Assembly (NCBI GenBank): GCA_944392775.1
Contig: CALXXV010000006.1
Span: 89,270-153,269 of the forward strand
Direction of reading: 5' to 3'
Source: an uncultured Alphaproteobacteria bacterium
Lineage (GTDB): Bacteria; Pseudomonadota; Alphaproteobacteria; Rs-D84
Length of the DNA stretch: 64,000 bases
The position numbers were made by a program, and so were the translations under genes. Shown here piece after piece: positions 9,103 through 18,465 of the stretch. Under the pieces are notes generated by a model, which was given only the letters and a program-made list of their open reading frames with translations, was not told the DNA's origin and searched no databases. Every line of letters begins with the position of its first letter. Position 1 is the stretch's first letter.

Positions 9103-9900
9103 TTACTTAGCAACATAACAATCTAAACCATCCGACTTTGCATTACGACAAAAACCGTTCGCTTCACCAGAATTTGCAAAAGCTATACGCAACCTATACG
9201 TAGTTGTACCATTAGGTAAAACTGCGGCTAATATAACAAATTGTTTACCAGCAAAAAGATTCTGATGCGATGCTTGCAGCTTTTTTTGCGCTGATTCTGC
9301 CAAGGCACGTGTACTATATGATCCGAACTGAACATACCAACTACCCTTAGAAGCCTGAACATTTGATGTTTTTACTTGTGCTTGATTTTTTATTGCGGGC
9401 TTTGCATTCGCATTCTTAGCAACAGGTTGCTTGTCTGGGTTAAAAGACACATCTTTTCTATCTTCAACCACTCTAACAGGTGTTCCTGTCCTAGCTGGCG
9501 CAGCTGTCGGCTTCGCAGCAGGTTCTTGTTTTACAACTGGTTTGGCGGGCACTTGCAAGGGCTGAGCAGCCTGTACAGGTTGAACCTTTTGTGGTTCTAC
9601 AGCCGGAGAAGGCACAGTTTTCACTGGCATCGGTTCAACATTAGTATTTACTGGTGGCACACTTTCACCTTCAACAATTATTGCAGGTGCATCCAAATCG
9701 ACTTCCATAGAAGAAGAAGAATCATCACCTATAACACGTATTATGATATAAGTTGCTAAAACAATAACTAAAACCCCGACCCCCAACAAAAGCCATGGTT
9801 TTTTAGGACGAGGTGCCGAAAACTGTGTTACTTCTGGCAACGCATCCATTTCATCGTTATCATCATTTAAATCTAACAAATCTAACTTATCATCATTCAT
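9103..9900 (-). CDS. SPOR-domain protein (septal peptidoglycan binding), Pro-rich linker
   Basis: N-terminal acidic segment, one TM, Pro/Val/Gln-rich linker and a C-terminal SPOR-like domain (SKGSWYVQFGSYSTRALAESAQKKL...YRLRIAF). Confidence 0.65.
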   Translation of the reverse strand: MNDDKLDLLDLNDDNDEMDALPEVTQFSAPRPKKPWLLLGVGVLVIVLATYIIIRVIGDDSSSSMEVDLDAPAIIVEGESVPPVNTNVEPMPVKTVPSPAVEPQKVQPVQAAQPLQVPAKPVVKQEPAAKPTAAPARTGTPVRVVEDRKDVSFNPDKQPVAKNANAKPAIKNQAQVKTSNVQASKGSWYVQFGSYSTRALAESAQKKLQASHQNLFAGKQFVILAAVLPNGTTTYRLRIAFANSGEANGFCRNAKSDGLDCYVAK

Positions 9901-9976
9901 GAGGATTCTCCAATTTATTCCTTTTTTGTATTATATCATAAAAAAATCTACATAACAAAGAATATCTCAGAAGTTA

Positions 9977-10120
9977 TTATTTTGGCATTTGACCGAAATT
10001 TGGCGGTACAATAAGTTTATGATTTTCTTCAACAATAGGCTCTGTTTCACATTTACTTGCACAAGCAGACACAACCATAGGAACAGTCATAATAAACAAA
10101 ACAAAAACAATTTTTCTCAT
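9977..10120 (-). CDS. small predicted lipoprotein (47 aa), not in ORF track
   Basis: Manual translation gives MRKIVFVLFIMTVPMVVSACASKCETEPIVEENHKLIVPPNFGQMPK. It has a signal peptide with a lipobox-like VSAC and an AAGGA SD 7-8 nt upstream of the ATG. Confidence 0.35.
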   Translation of the reverse strand: MRKIVFVLFIMTVPMVVSACASKCETEPIVEENHKLIVPPNFGQMPK

Positions 10121-10193
10121 CTGTTTTCCTTTCTGTTAAAAAATACTACATTACATTATAAAGGCGCACAAAGATGTGCGCCATATTTTTTAT

Positions 10194-11927
10194 TTAGTTT
10201 GGCATTTTTATAGCATTTTTTATCTGATCTATAAATTCTGCCAAAGGTATTGTTTCTTGCTTTTCAACCCCCAAGCGACGTAACGTCACCATTTTATCTG
10301 CGGCTTCTTTTTCACCAACGACTGCGATAATGGGGGTTTTAGCCAAAGACAATTCACGGATTTTATAGTTAACTTTTTCATCACGCAAATCTGCACGACA
10401 ATAAACACCAGCTTCACGTAATTCATTAACAATTTCCAGCGCATAGTCTTTAAACTTTTCGGAAATTGGTGTCACGACAACAGGTTCTGGCGATAACCAC
10501 AAAGGCAGATTACCGCCTGTTGATTCTAACAAAATCCCCATAAAGCGCTCAATCGATCCCAACATAGCACGATGCAGCATAATCGGACGATGCTTTTCAC
10601 CATCTTCTCCTATATAGGATAAATCAAAGCGTTCAGGTAAATTCATATCCAACTGAACTGTACCACATTGCCAAATTCGTCCCATAGAATCTTTCAAGTA
10701 ATTATCAATTTTTGGTCCATAGAAAGCGGCATCACCTTCTGCAATTTCATATTCAATTCCATTTGCATCCAAAGCATGCTTTAAAGCGCCTTCTGCTTTA
10801 TCCCAAACTTCATCAGAACCGATACGGAATTCAGATTCTTTACGCGTTGCAAGTTTCATAGAAATCTTATCAAACCCGAACTTACCATAAATATCTTTAA
10901 TGAAACGCAGAATTTTAACAACTTCTTCTTCCAACTGTTCTTCTGTGCAGAAAATATGGGCATCATCTTGAGTAAATTCACGAACGCGCATTAATCCGGA
11001 CAAACCGCCTGCCGCTTCATAACGGTTTACTTTTCCAAATTCGGCCAAGTACATAGGTAAATCTTTATAAGACTTAATCCCCTGACCAAACACAAGCATT
11101 CCACCAGGGCAAGACATAGGCTTTACACAGAACGTTTTACCGTCTTGCGTTTTTCCAGAATAATTATGTTCACCATACTTTGCCCAATGACCGCTACGTT
11201 CCCACAAAGAGCGATCCATAACAGAAGGCGTAGAAATTTCTAAATATCCTGCTTTTTCCTGACGACTGCGGATATATTCAATCAGCTTACGATAAATCTT
11301 ATATCCCTTATCATGCCAGAACACAGCACCAGGTGCATAATCTGGTTCAAAATGGAACAAGTCCATATCTTTACCAAGTTTACGGTTATCACGCGCAGCC
11401 GCTTCTTCCATATTCTTCAAATGCTGATCCAGTTCTTCCTTGCTTGCAAACGCATCTACATAAATACGTTGCAACATTTTATTTTTGGAATCACCTTTCC
11501 AATAAGCACCCGCAACATTACGAATTTTAAACCCGTCACGCGGTAAATCTTTTGAACTCTCAACGTGTGGACCACGACATAAATCTACGAAACCACGGAA
11601 TGTATAAATAGACAACGCCTCACCTGCTGCATCATATTCATTTAACCATTCCATTTTATAAGGTTGATCCGCAAAAATTTCTTTTGCTTCATTTAAATCG
11701 ACGTTTCTTTGTTCAAACCTACCATTTGACTTGATTAAGTCACGCATTTCTTTTTCTATTTTTTCAAAGTCTTCTTCTGAAAAGCGATGTTCTGTATCAA
11801 AATCATAATAAAAACCATTTTCAATAGCAGGACCACCAGCAAATTTAACATCTGGATATAATTTTTTTACAGCCGCTGCCATAACATGAGCCAAAGAATG
11901 ACGAATCGTTTCAATTGGATAAGACAT
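10194..11927 (-). CDS. thrS: threonine--tRNA ligase
   Basis: IRHSLAHVMAAAV...NGFYYDFD N-terminal editing/catalytic region, class II core and C-terminal anticodon-binding domain. 577 aa, apparently without an N-terminal TGS extension. Confidence 0.85.
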   Translation of the reverse strand: MSYPIETIRHSLAHVMAAAVKKLYPDVKFAGGPAIENGFYYDFDTEHRFSEEDFEKIEKEMRDLIKSNGRFEQRNVDLNEAKEIFADQPYKMEWLNEYDAAGEALSIYTFRGFVDLCRGPHVESSKDLPRDGFKIRNVAGAYWKGDSKNKMLQRIYVDAFASKEELDQHLKNMEEAAARDNRKLGKDMDLFHFEPDYAPGAVFWHDKGYKIYRKLIEYIRSRQEKAGYLEISTPSVMDRSLWERSGHWAKYGEHNYSGKTQDGKTFCVKPMSCPGGMLVFGQGIKSYKDLPMYLAEFGKVNRYEAAGGLSGLMRVREFTQDDAHIFCTEEQLEEEVVKILRFIKDIYGKFGFDKISMKLATRKESEFRIGSDEVWDKAEGALKHALDANGIEYEIAEGDAAFYGPKIDNYLKDSMGRIWQCGTVQLDMNLPERFDLSYIGEDGEKHRPIMLHRAMLGSIERFMGILLESTGGNLPLWLSPEPVVVTPISEKFKDYALEIVNELREAGVYCRADLRDEKVNYKIRELSLAKTPIIAVVGEKEAADKMVTLRRLGVEKQETIPLAEFIDQIKNAIKMPN

Positions 11928-12115
11928 AATAAAAACCTTTATTTTTAAAGCAAATTTAAATAGTTATTTTGATTATTGCACTGTACCGGTAAAACCGCAA
12001 ATAGAAACTACACCCCCAAAGGGGTTGTTTTAGTTGTAATGAAAAACAATGTATTTTTTATCATGTTGACAAACATTTTAATACCATCATTAAAATAAGT
12101 CAAATTTTATAAAAC

Positions 12116-12862
12116 TTAAAAATCAATAATGCAACCGAACAATACGGCAAAAAAGAAGCATACACTTCCCCCTATAACAAAGATATGCCATATTGCGTGC
12201 GAGTATTTCATTTTGCGCCATAAATAGAATATGACTCCCATCGAATAAGACAATCCACCGGCCAAAATGAACCATAATCCGCGCTCTGGTATACTTCTAA
12301 GCATTGCAGGCAAAATAAATATCAAAGTCCACCCCATAACAAGATATAAAGCGACCATCCATTTTGGTTGCTGTCTTGGGTTACGGATTTTCATAATTGC
12401 CCCCAAAATAACGATTGCCCACAATATTCCAAACACAGTCCAACCAATCCAACCGCGTAAATTAACTAATAAGAAAGGTGTATACGTACCTGCAATCAAA
12501 GCATATATCGCAACGCTATCCCACACTTCAAAAAAGCACTCACTTTTTTGCCCGATTGTTGCATGACACATAGTTGAACCAAAATATAATGTGAACATTG
12601 TCAAGCCAAATATAGCGCAAGACACAATAGCCCAAGCATTACCTGCCAGCGCAGCAAACACGACCAACAAAGTAAGCCCTGCAATTGCCAAACCTATACC
12701 AATACCATGCGTTAAAATATTCAAAACTTCTTCTGATTTTGTAGAAGGTCTTTCCCAACGAAACAATCCTGTTGCCTGCAAAATTCTAAGCAATCGACTA
12801 CCACGAGAATCGGACTTTACTGCTTTCAGCTTTTCGCGAACTACTTTTTTTGTTTTAACCAT
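12116..12862 (-). CDS. hemolysin III / PAQR family membrane protein
   Basis: 7-TM protein with LNILTHGIG and HAIWHIFV motifs. Confidence 0.8.
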   Translation of the reverse strand: MVKTKKVVREKLKAVKSDSRGSRLLRILQATGLFRWERPSTKSEEVLNILTHGIGIGLAIAGLTLLVVFAALAGNAWAIVSCAIFGLTMFTLYFGSTMCHATIGQKSECFFEVWDSVAIYALIAGTYTPFLLVNLRGWIGWTVFGILWAIVILGAIMKIRNPRQQPKWMVALYLVMGWTLIFILPAMLRSIPERGLWFILAGGLSYSMGVIFYLWRKMKYSHAIWHIFVIGGSVCFFFAVLFGCIIDF

Positions 12863-14435
12863 TTATAGCGCCCTTTATACGATTGATAACTTTCTCTTTA
12901 CCCATTACACGCATAATAGAATATAAGTCTGGTGTATTTGTACGCCCTGTCAAAGCGACCCTCAAATTCATTGCCACATCACCATTTTTGACGTCATTAT
13001 CTGTAGCAATAGTAACAATTTTATTCCACCAAGCATCTTTATTATCTACCACATTAAAAGTTTCTAAAAAAGCGGATAAAACATCTTTATTATAAGCATA
13101 TTCTTTATTAGGTACGAACAAATCATCCCAGAAATAAGCAACTTCCTGTAAACTTTGCTTCCATGTAATAAAATCCTTACGAATACGCTTAGGGTTATCA
13201 CGTTCAATCGCCAAAATATTTTTCAAATAATCTGGATCATTACCGATTCGCGCGGCCCATACAGCATCATATTCATCTGCCCAGTCACGAACACGCTTTA
13301 CCAATTCATCAACAGACAAAGACGCAATAAATTCTTTTGCCCACCACTCTAACTTTTTCATATCGAACAGCGCACCAGACATAGGTATTTTCTTTGGGCG
13401 CATTTCATATTCCCAGATAGATTTAACCTGCCCTTTCATTTTTGCTTCTTCATAACCAGACGCGGCTATATTTCCAAGATATTCCAAAACCGCTTCTGTT
13501 GGCCAACCGTCTGCCAAAAAGAATGCAACATTTGCTTCTGGATCATGGCGTTTTGACAATTTACGTTGTTTACCTGTTTCCGCATCAATTTTATCAATAG
13601 TAGATGTATGAATATACATAGGTGTCTGCCACCCCATCATACGAAATAATTGCACATGTAACGGAAAAGAAGGCAACCATTCTTCCCCACGAACAACATG
13701 CGTTGTACGCATAAAGTGGTCATCACACAAATGCGCAAAATGGTAAGTAGGAAGTCCATCATTAGATTTAATTAAAACAATATCTTCATTATTTTCTGGG
13801 AAAGCTATTGAACCACGAACAGCATCTTTACAGAAGATACGATTTTCAGGGTTACCCATTGAATACAAACGAATCGTCGGTACTTCACCATTATCCAAAT
13901 GTGCAATGATTTCTTCTTCTGTTAAATCGCGATCACGCGCAAATTCACCATATATACCAGTTGCAAAACCTGCTGCTTTTTGATTTTCGCGTATTTTTTC
14001 CATGTCTTCCGCGGTCAAAAAGCAAGGATATGCCAAGCCACGTGCCAATAAATCTGCTGCGACACTGTGATAAATATCTTTACGCTTAGATTGATAATAA
14101 GGTGCATATTTTTCATCATTATTATATTGAAGACCAAATCTATGCATAGAATCTTCAATAATTTTAACGGCATCAGCTACTTCACGTTTTGTATCCGTAT
14201 CTTCTATGCGCAGCATAAAAACACCACCAGACTGCTGCGCTAATTTGCAATCAACCAAAGCCTGATACAACCCACCAATATGCATATAGCCTGTCGGGCT
14301 TGGCGCGAAACGCGTCACAAACGCACCATCTGACAAATCACGCAATGGATACTTTTCTTCCAATTCTGCCAAAGTATATTTAGGTTCTGCCCCTAATACA
14401 CGAGCGATTAAATCTTTACTTAAACCTCTACGCAT
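12855..14435 (-). CDS. gltX: glutamate--tRNA ligase
   Basis: Class I motifs PSPTGYMHIGG (HIGH) and KLSKR (KMSKS), plus a GluRS-like catalytic core. Confidence 0.8.
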   Translation of the reverse strand: MRRGLSKDLIARVLGAEPKYTLAELEEKYPLRDLSDGAFVTRFAPSPTGYMHIGGLYQALVDCKLAQQSGGVFMLRIEDTDTKREVADAVKIIEDSMHRFGLQYNNDEKYAPYYQSKRKDIYHSVAADLLARGLAYPCFLTAEDMEKIRENQKAAGFATGIYGEFARDRDLTEEEIIAHLDNGEVPTIRLYSMGNPENRIFCKDAVRGSIAFPENNEDIVLIKSNDGLPTYHFAHLCDDHFMRTTHVVRGEEWLPSFPLHVQLFRMMGWQTPMYIHTSTIDKIDAETGKQRKLSKRHDPEANVAFFLADGWPTEAVLEYLGNIAASGYEEAKMKGQVKSIWEYEMRPKKIPMSGALFDMKKLEWWAKEFIASLSVDELVKRVRDWADEYDAVWAARIGNDPDYLKNILAIERDNPKRIRKDFITWKQSLQEVAYFWDDLFVPNKEYAYNKDVLSAFLETFNVVDNKDAWWNKIVTIATDNDVKNGDVAMNLRVALTGRTNTPDLYSIMRVMGKEKVINRIKGAING

Positions 14436-14982
14436 TTTCTTTTTCCCATTCTGATTTTAATTTTGAATAAACTACTACATCACGTGGAACTCCTCGTAAT
14501 AGAATAGCTTGACGAAGTACACCCTCTTCTTTATAACCACACCTTACCGGAATAGCACGAGATTTTTTATTTTCTACGTCCGATTTTATCTCGATTCGAT
14601 TCATATCCAATACTTTGAAAGCAAATCTTTCAAGTACTTTAACAGCCTTTGTCATTATACCGCGTCCATTCCAATCACGAGACAACCAATAACCAATTTC
14701 TGCAAACTTATGCTTTTCAGATAATGCCACGAAACTTATACTACCAATTATTTTATCATCTAAAATAATATAATAATTTCCATTTTTTGTTTCTGCAGAT
14801 ATATTCATATGCGGATACATATCTTCTGGGCAATTTGAGTAATCGACCCACTCTAACCATTCTGCCAAATATTGTCTTTGCCCATCTACTAGTTCAAACA
14901 AATACTTTGCAATATTAAAAGTCGGTTTCAATTTTTCTAAAGCAAAACCATCTGCTTGAAAAATTTTTGGAAACTCAATCAT
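14428..14982 (-). CDS. GNAT family N-acetyltransferase (RimJ/RimL-like)
   Basis: GNAT fold motifs (IGYWLSRDWNGRGIMTKAV). Confidence 0.65.
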   Translation of the reverse strand: MIEFPKIFQADGFALEKLKPTFNIAKYLFELVDGQRQYLAEWLEWVDYSNCPEDMYPHMNISAETKNGNYYIILDDKIIGSISFVALSEKHKFAEIGYWLSRDWNGRGIMTKAVKVLERFAFKVLDMNRIEIKSDVENKKSRAIPVRCGYKEEGVLRQAILLRGVPRDVVVYSKLKSEWEKENA

Positions 14983-15027
14983 TTATATTTCCTTGTATTC
15001 TTATTTTTCGAATTTTATACTAATTAT

Positions 15028-15660
15028 ATGGAAAAACAAGAAATAAGAACATTCGGTCGCAGGCACGGGAAAAAACTTTCTGCACGTCAACAATGGCTGC
15101 TGGATAATATTTTACCAACATTGTTTCCCAAAAACGAATCGGGAAATAAGCCAGACATACTAGAAATAGGCTTTGGTGCTGGCGAGCATCTTCGTGAACT
15201 TGCTGAAAATAATCCGGGCAAAACAGTAATTGGCGCAGAACCTTTTATGAATGGTGTTGCATCACTATTATCCGCAATTACAGACGAAACAGATTCGATT
15301 CGTCCGGAATATAAAAACATTCGTATTTTTGCAGATGACGTTCGTGATTTTCTAAGAGAAACCAATTCGAAATTCGAACAAATTTGGATACTACATCCTG
15401 ACCCATGGCCAAAAGCAAAACATGAAAAACGCAGATTGTTACATGCAGAATTTATCAAGACTCTTTCCGATCATTTAACAAAAAATGGCAAGATAATAAT
15501 AGGCACAGACCACTGGGAATATTTTGATTGGATAACCCAAGAAGTAAAAAAAACTGGATTAAATTATAAAATCCATAATATAGAAACAATAAATACTAGA
15601 TATCAAAAGAAAAACAAAGCTGGTACAGAAGCCCCTAAATATTTATTAATATATAATTAA
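15028..15660 (+). CDS. trmB: tRNA (guanine46-N7)-methyltransferase
   Basis: MEKQEIRTFGRRHGKKLSARQ...LEIGFGAGEHL is the TrmB signature. ATG at 15028 verified. The listed ORF is over-extended at its N-terminus. Confidence 0.8.
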   Translation: MEKQEIRTFGRRHGKKLSARQQWLLDNILPTLFPKNESGNKPDILEIGFGAGEHLRELAENNPGKTVIGAEPFMNGVASLLSAITDETDSIRPEYKNIRIFADDVRDFLRETNSKFEQIWILHPDPWPKAKHEKRRLLHAEFIKTLSDHLTKNGKIIIGTDHWEYFDWITQEVKKTGLNYKIHNIETINTRYQKKNKAGTEAPKYLLIYN

Positions 15661-16331
15661 ACCTTTTTAAAAAATTTTATATGTTTTTTAAAATTTGGTT
15701 GCATAGACAAAAGCATTCTTTTTGTTTGTTCTATTCGCACAGAGTTTTGTCCTAAAATAAAATGTAAATCCCCATTAAAATCATCATCATACGAATCAAA
15801 CAATGCGTATAAACGCCCGACAAAATCTGACTTTTCACCACGATCGTCCATTAAAACGAACACCGCACCATCAGCATGAATTTTTTTTAAAGCCTTCCAC
15901 AAGCATTTCCAATCTAACGGCTCTACAGAATTTATATCAAAACCTATAAACAAGCCTTTATTAAAGAATAAATCATCACGAATTAAATATAACTGAGATA
16001 CAAATTCATCTAAATCAGATAATTTTAAAAAGACTTGAACAGCTGCAGCCCCTTGCTTTAAAGTCATATTTACATTTTTTGTAAAATCAGAAATAACCGC
16101 AGACGAAAAAGGCGATTCGTTTAAGTAAAATCTTGAAATAATTTTTACGTGTTTATCTTCTAACCATGGCCAAACGACCGGCACTGCTCTTGGAGCGACA
16201 GAAATCATATCAACCCCAGTTGATATCATTTTTTCTACTACTTGCGCCATATCCACAGAATCGACATCAGGCGCGCACCAAAAGGCAACTTCAGAAATAT
16301 TTTCATCAAGAAAAAAATCATCATTTATCAT
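15657..16331 (-). CDS. hypothetical protein (no family recognised); probable ATG at 16331
   Basis: ORF with a verified internal ATG (MINDDFFLDEN...). Soluble, no recognisable motifs. Divergent from the 16375 operon. Confidence 0.4.
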   Translation of the reverse strand: MINDDFFLDENISEVAFWCAPDVDSVDMAQVVEKMISTGVDMISVAPRAVPVVWPWLEDKHVKIISRFYLNESPFSSAVISDFTKNVNMTLKQGAAAVQVFLKLSDLDEFVSQLYLIRDDLFFNKGLFIGFDINSVEPLDWKCLWKALKKIHADGAVFVLMDDRGEKSDFVGRLYALFDSYDDDFNGDLHFILGQNSVRIEQTKRMLLSMQPNFKKHIKFFKKV

Positions 16332-16374
16332 AGCACTTTTTACTTTATCATAAATATGATATAATTGAAGACAA

Positions 16375-17289
16375 ATGAAAAACAAAATAAATCAATTTTT
16401 ATTAGGTATATTATGGTTATTAGCTGTAACTTTAGGCGCATCATTCTGGCTAAATACAGTATATGGCTTTAATATATTTTCCGCATCACATTGGGAATAT
16501 CTTGCTTATATGCAGGCATCTAAACTTCCGATAAACCAAACATTTTATGTATCTGTAATAATAATAATACTCTTAGCATTTATTGGTTTATATGCACTTA
16601 TACGTCCGCGTCTAAGAAAATTTAATAAAAATTTATTTAAGCACCCAGTTAACACAAAAGTAAATGTAATTACAGACAAAACAGCTTCTGCTTTAGAAAC
16701 ATTACCAGCAGAAACACAATCAAGCCCTATAACCCAAAATAATATTACATCATCATTATCTCGACCGCCAAGGTTAGTTCTACCAACTCTAAAAAATGAT
16801 GTAAGCCTTCAGAGACGGGATTCTATATCTAAATCTAATCAAAGCGATACATTAACACAAAATTCATCACAGGAACAAAATATATCAGAAATAAAAGAAA
16901 TATTTTCATCTGCAGGTTATTCAGTAAAATCAAACACAAAAATAAACGGTATACAGACGGCTTTAATTGCAATCGGAGCAAATGAAAACTTATGGATTGG
17001 CGCAACAGGAATAAAAACGACAGATCTGCGCACAATGATTGAAAAATTAGAACAAATTTTTGCTGACACCCTTGAAGACATATACATAAATGTAAATGGG
17101 TTTGTAATAAACGCTATTGACGCATCAACATCTGAATTTCAAGACATTTTGATGTTTAATTCCGTATCAGAATTAGAAGATTATATTAAGGGAGTTCCAA
17201 ACGCCCCTATACCAGATGATGAAAAAGAAGATTTTGAAGCATATTCACAATATATAGACACTGTTATAAACTATATAGGTAAAATGTGA
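16375..17289 (+). CDS. hypothetical membrane protein (2 TM, S/T/Q-rich linker, C-terminal globular domain)
   Basis: TM helices at about aa 8-28 and 58-78, a low-complexity linker, and a C-terminal domain of about 140 aa. Its stop overlaps the next ATG by 4 nt. Confidence 0.5.
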   Translation: MKNKINQFLLGILWLLAVTLGASFWLNTVYGFNIFSASHWEYLAYMQASKLPINQTFYVSVIIIILLAFIGLYALIRPRLRKFNKNLFKHPVNTKVNVITDKTASALETLPAETQSSPITQNNITSSLSRPPRLVLPTLKNDVSLQRRDSISKSNQSDTLTQNSSQEQNISEIKEIFSSAGYSVKSNTKINGIQTALIAIGANENLWIGATGIKTTDLRTMIEKLEQIFADTLEDIYINVNGFVINAIDASTSEFQDILMFNSVSELEDYIKGVPNAPIPDDEKEDFEAYSQYIDTVINYIGKM

Positions 17290-17792
17290 TGAATTGGACT
17301 AAAGAAATCGCTGAACAAAAACTTGCCGACATGAAAATGGAGGATATGCCCATAATAGAAACAATCCCAAAAACACAAAAATTAAATTCTGACTGGTTCA
17401 AAGACTATAAAATTGCCTGCAAAGAATTTATGTTGTCTTTAACCGATTCTATAGAAGAGCTAACGTTTTTAAATCTTAACCAAGATGAATTTATGGGTTT
17501 AATTAGTGGGAAAAAAATGCCGAATAATTTATCAATACGTTTTCGCATACCAATATTATTTGGCGGTGAAATAAATCCAAAAAACATGTTTATGTGCGCT
17601 ACATTTCCACAATCACAAAATTTAGACAGATTTATAATAGAACAGTATGGTAACGAAAAAATATGGTTACCAAACCCAGTAAAAAAAGTTTATGTTTCTG
17701 CTCATACGGCTTCCGGAGGTGATGGTGGAAATGCAACAACAGACAGACTATCTCAGTTAGCTGCCCAACTATCTATGGGACGAGATACTTAA
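17286..17792 (+). CDS. hypothetical protein
   Basis: 168-aa ORF translationally coupled (ATGA) to the upstream gene. No recognisable motifs. Confidence 0.45.
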   Translation: MMNWTKEIAEQKLADMKMEDMPIIETIPKTQKLNSDWFKDYKIACKEFMLSLTDSIEELTFLNLNQDEFMGLISGKKMPNNLSIRFRIPILFGGEINPKNMFMCATFPQSQNLDRFIIEQYGNEKIWLPNPVKKVYVSAHTASGGDGGNATTDRLSQLAAQLSMGRDT

Positions 17793-17812
17793 AAAGTTTA
17801 AGGCATAGATAA

Positions 17813-18247
17813 ATGACACAAGAAGAATTTATTTTAAACATGAAAAATAGAGGTGCATCGTTCGCACTACCTGCCAATGAAAAACAAATATCTTTAGCAA
17901 ACATATCCTTACAACAAATCCAAGCAGCAATGTTACCGGTATTTTTAATAAATTTATACAAAAAAACCGGTGGCATAAACCTTGGATGTGCATATATATT
18001 CGGTCCACAAGAAATATCAAACGGGAATCGCAGTCCTGTACCAGACATTTTTAGCATAAATAAAGAAATTTCTAACATTAATAGAATGCGTGGGAAAACG
18101 GTATTTGGTCGCAATGATTTATTTTGGTTCGCGTTTGATTCTTTTGGAACATGTTTAATGTTAGACAATGCAACATTAAACATATTAAGAACGTATGAAG
18201 ATCCTTATAAATCATTGACAGATTGTTTAATGGCTGGTAAAAATTAA
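17813..18247 (+). CDS. SMI1/KNR4 (SUKH-1)-like protein, tentative
   Basis: 144 aa. The pattern ...ALPANEKQISL...LPVFLINLYKKTGGINLG...FWFAFDSFGTCLMLD resembles the SUKH superfamily (LP..Y..FL..NGG ... iaFa.dg.Gn.lclD). Confidence 0.35.
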   Translation: MTQEEFILNMKNRGASFALPANEKQISLANISLQQIQAAMLPVFLINLYKKTGGINLGCAYIFGPQEISNGNRSPVPDIFSINKEISNINRMRGKTVFGRNDLFWFAFDSFGTCLMLDNATLNILRTYEDPYKSLTDCLMAGKN

Positions 18248-18250
18248 ATT

Positions 18251-18463
18251 ATGAAAAAAATTTCTGTTTCTTTATCGGGACACGAAACCAGCATTTCACT
18301 GGAAAAAGACTTCATAGATTGTTTAAAAGAAATCGCTAGCAAACAAAAGCGAACCTTATCATCAATAATTTCAGAAATAGACGCAGACCGTATTCCGGGG
18401 ACAAATCTATCATCTGCCATTAGATTATGGATATTGAATCAAATCCGACATAACAATCAATAA
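18251..18463 (+). CDS. ribbon-helix-helix domain protein (COG4321-like)
   Basis: MKKISVSLSGHETSISLEKDFIDCLKEIASKQKRTLSSIISEID...NLSSAIRLWIL: a beta-strand followed by two helices, typical of an RHH fold. Confidence 0.55.
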   Translation: MKKISVSLSGHETSISLEKDFIDCLKEIASKQKRTLSSIISEIDADRIPGTNLSSAIRLWILNQIRHNNQ

Positions 18464-18465
18464 AC

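Noticed and set aside
11990-12040. ACCCCCAAAGGGGTTGTTTT hairpin in the thrS-hlyIII intergenic region
   Set aside because: The stem is only 4-5 bp, with no strong T-tract in the orientation needed for hlyIII. It could be a weak terminator or thrS leader element, but the evidence is too thin to call.
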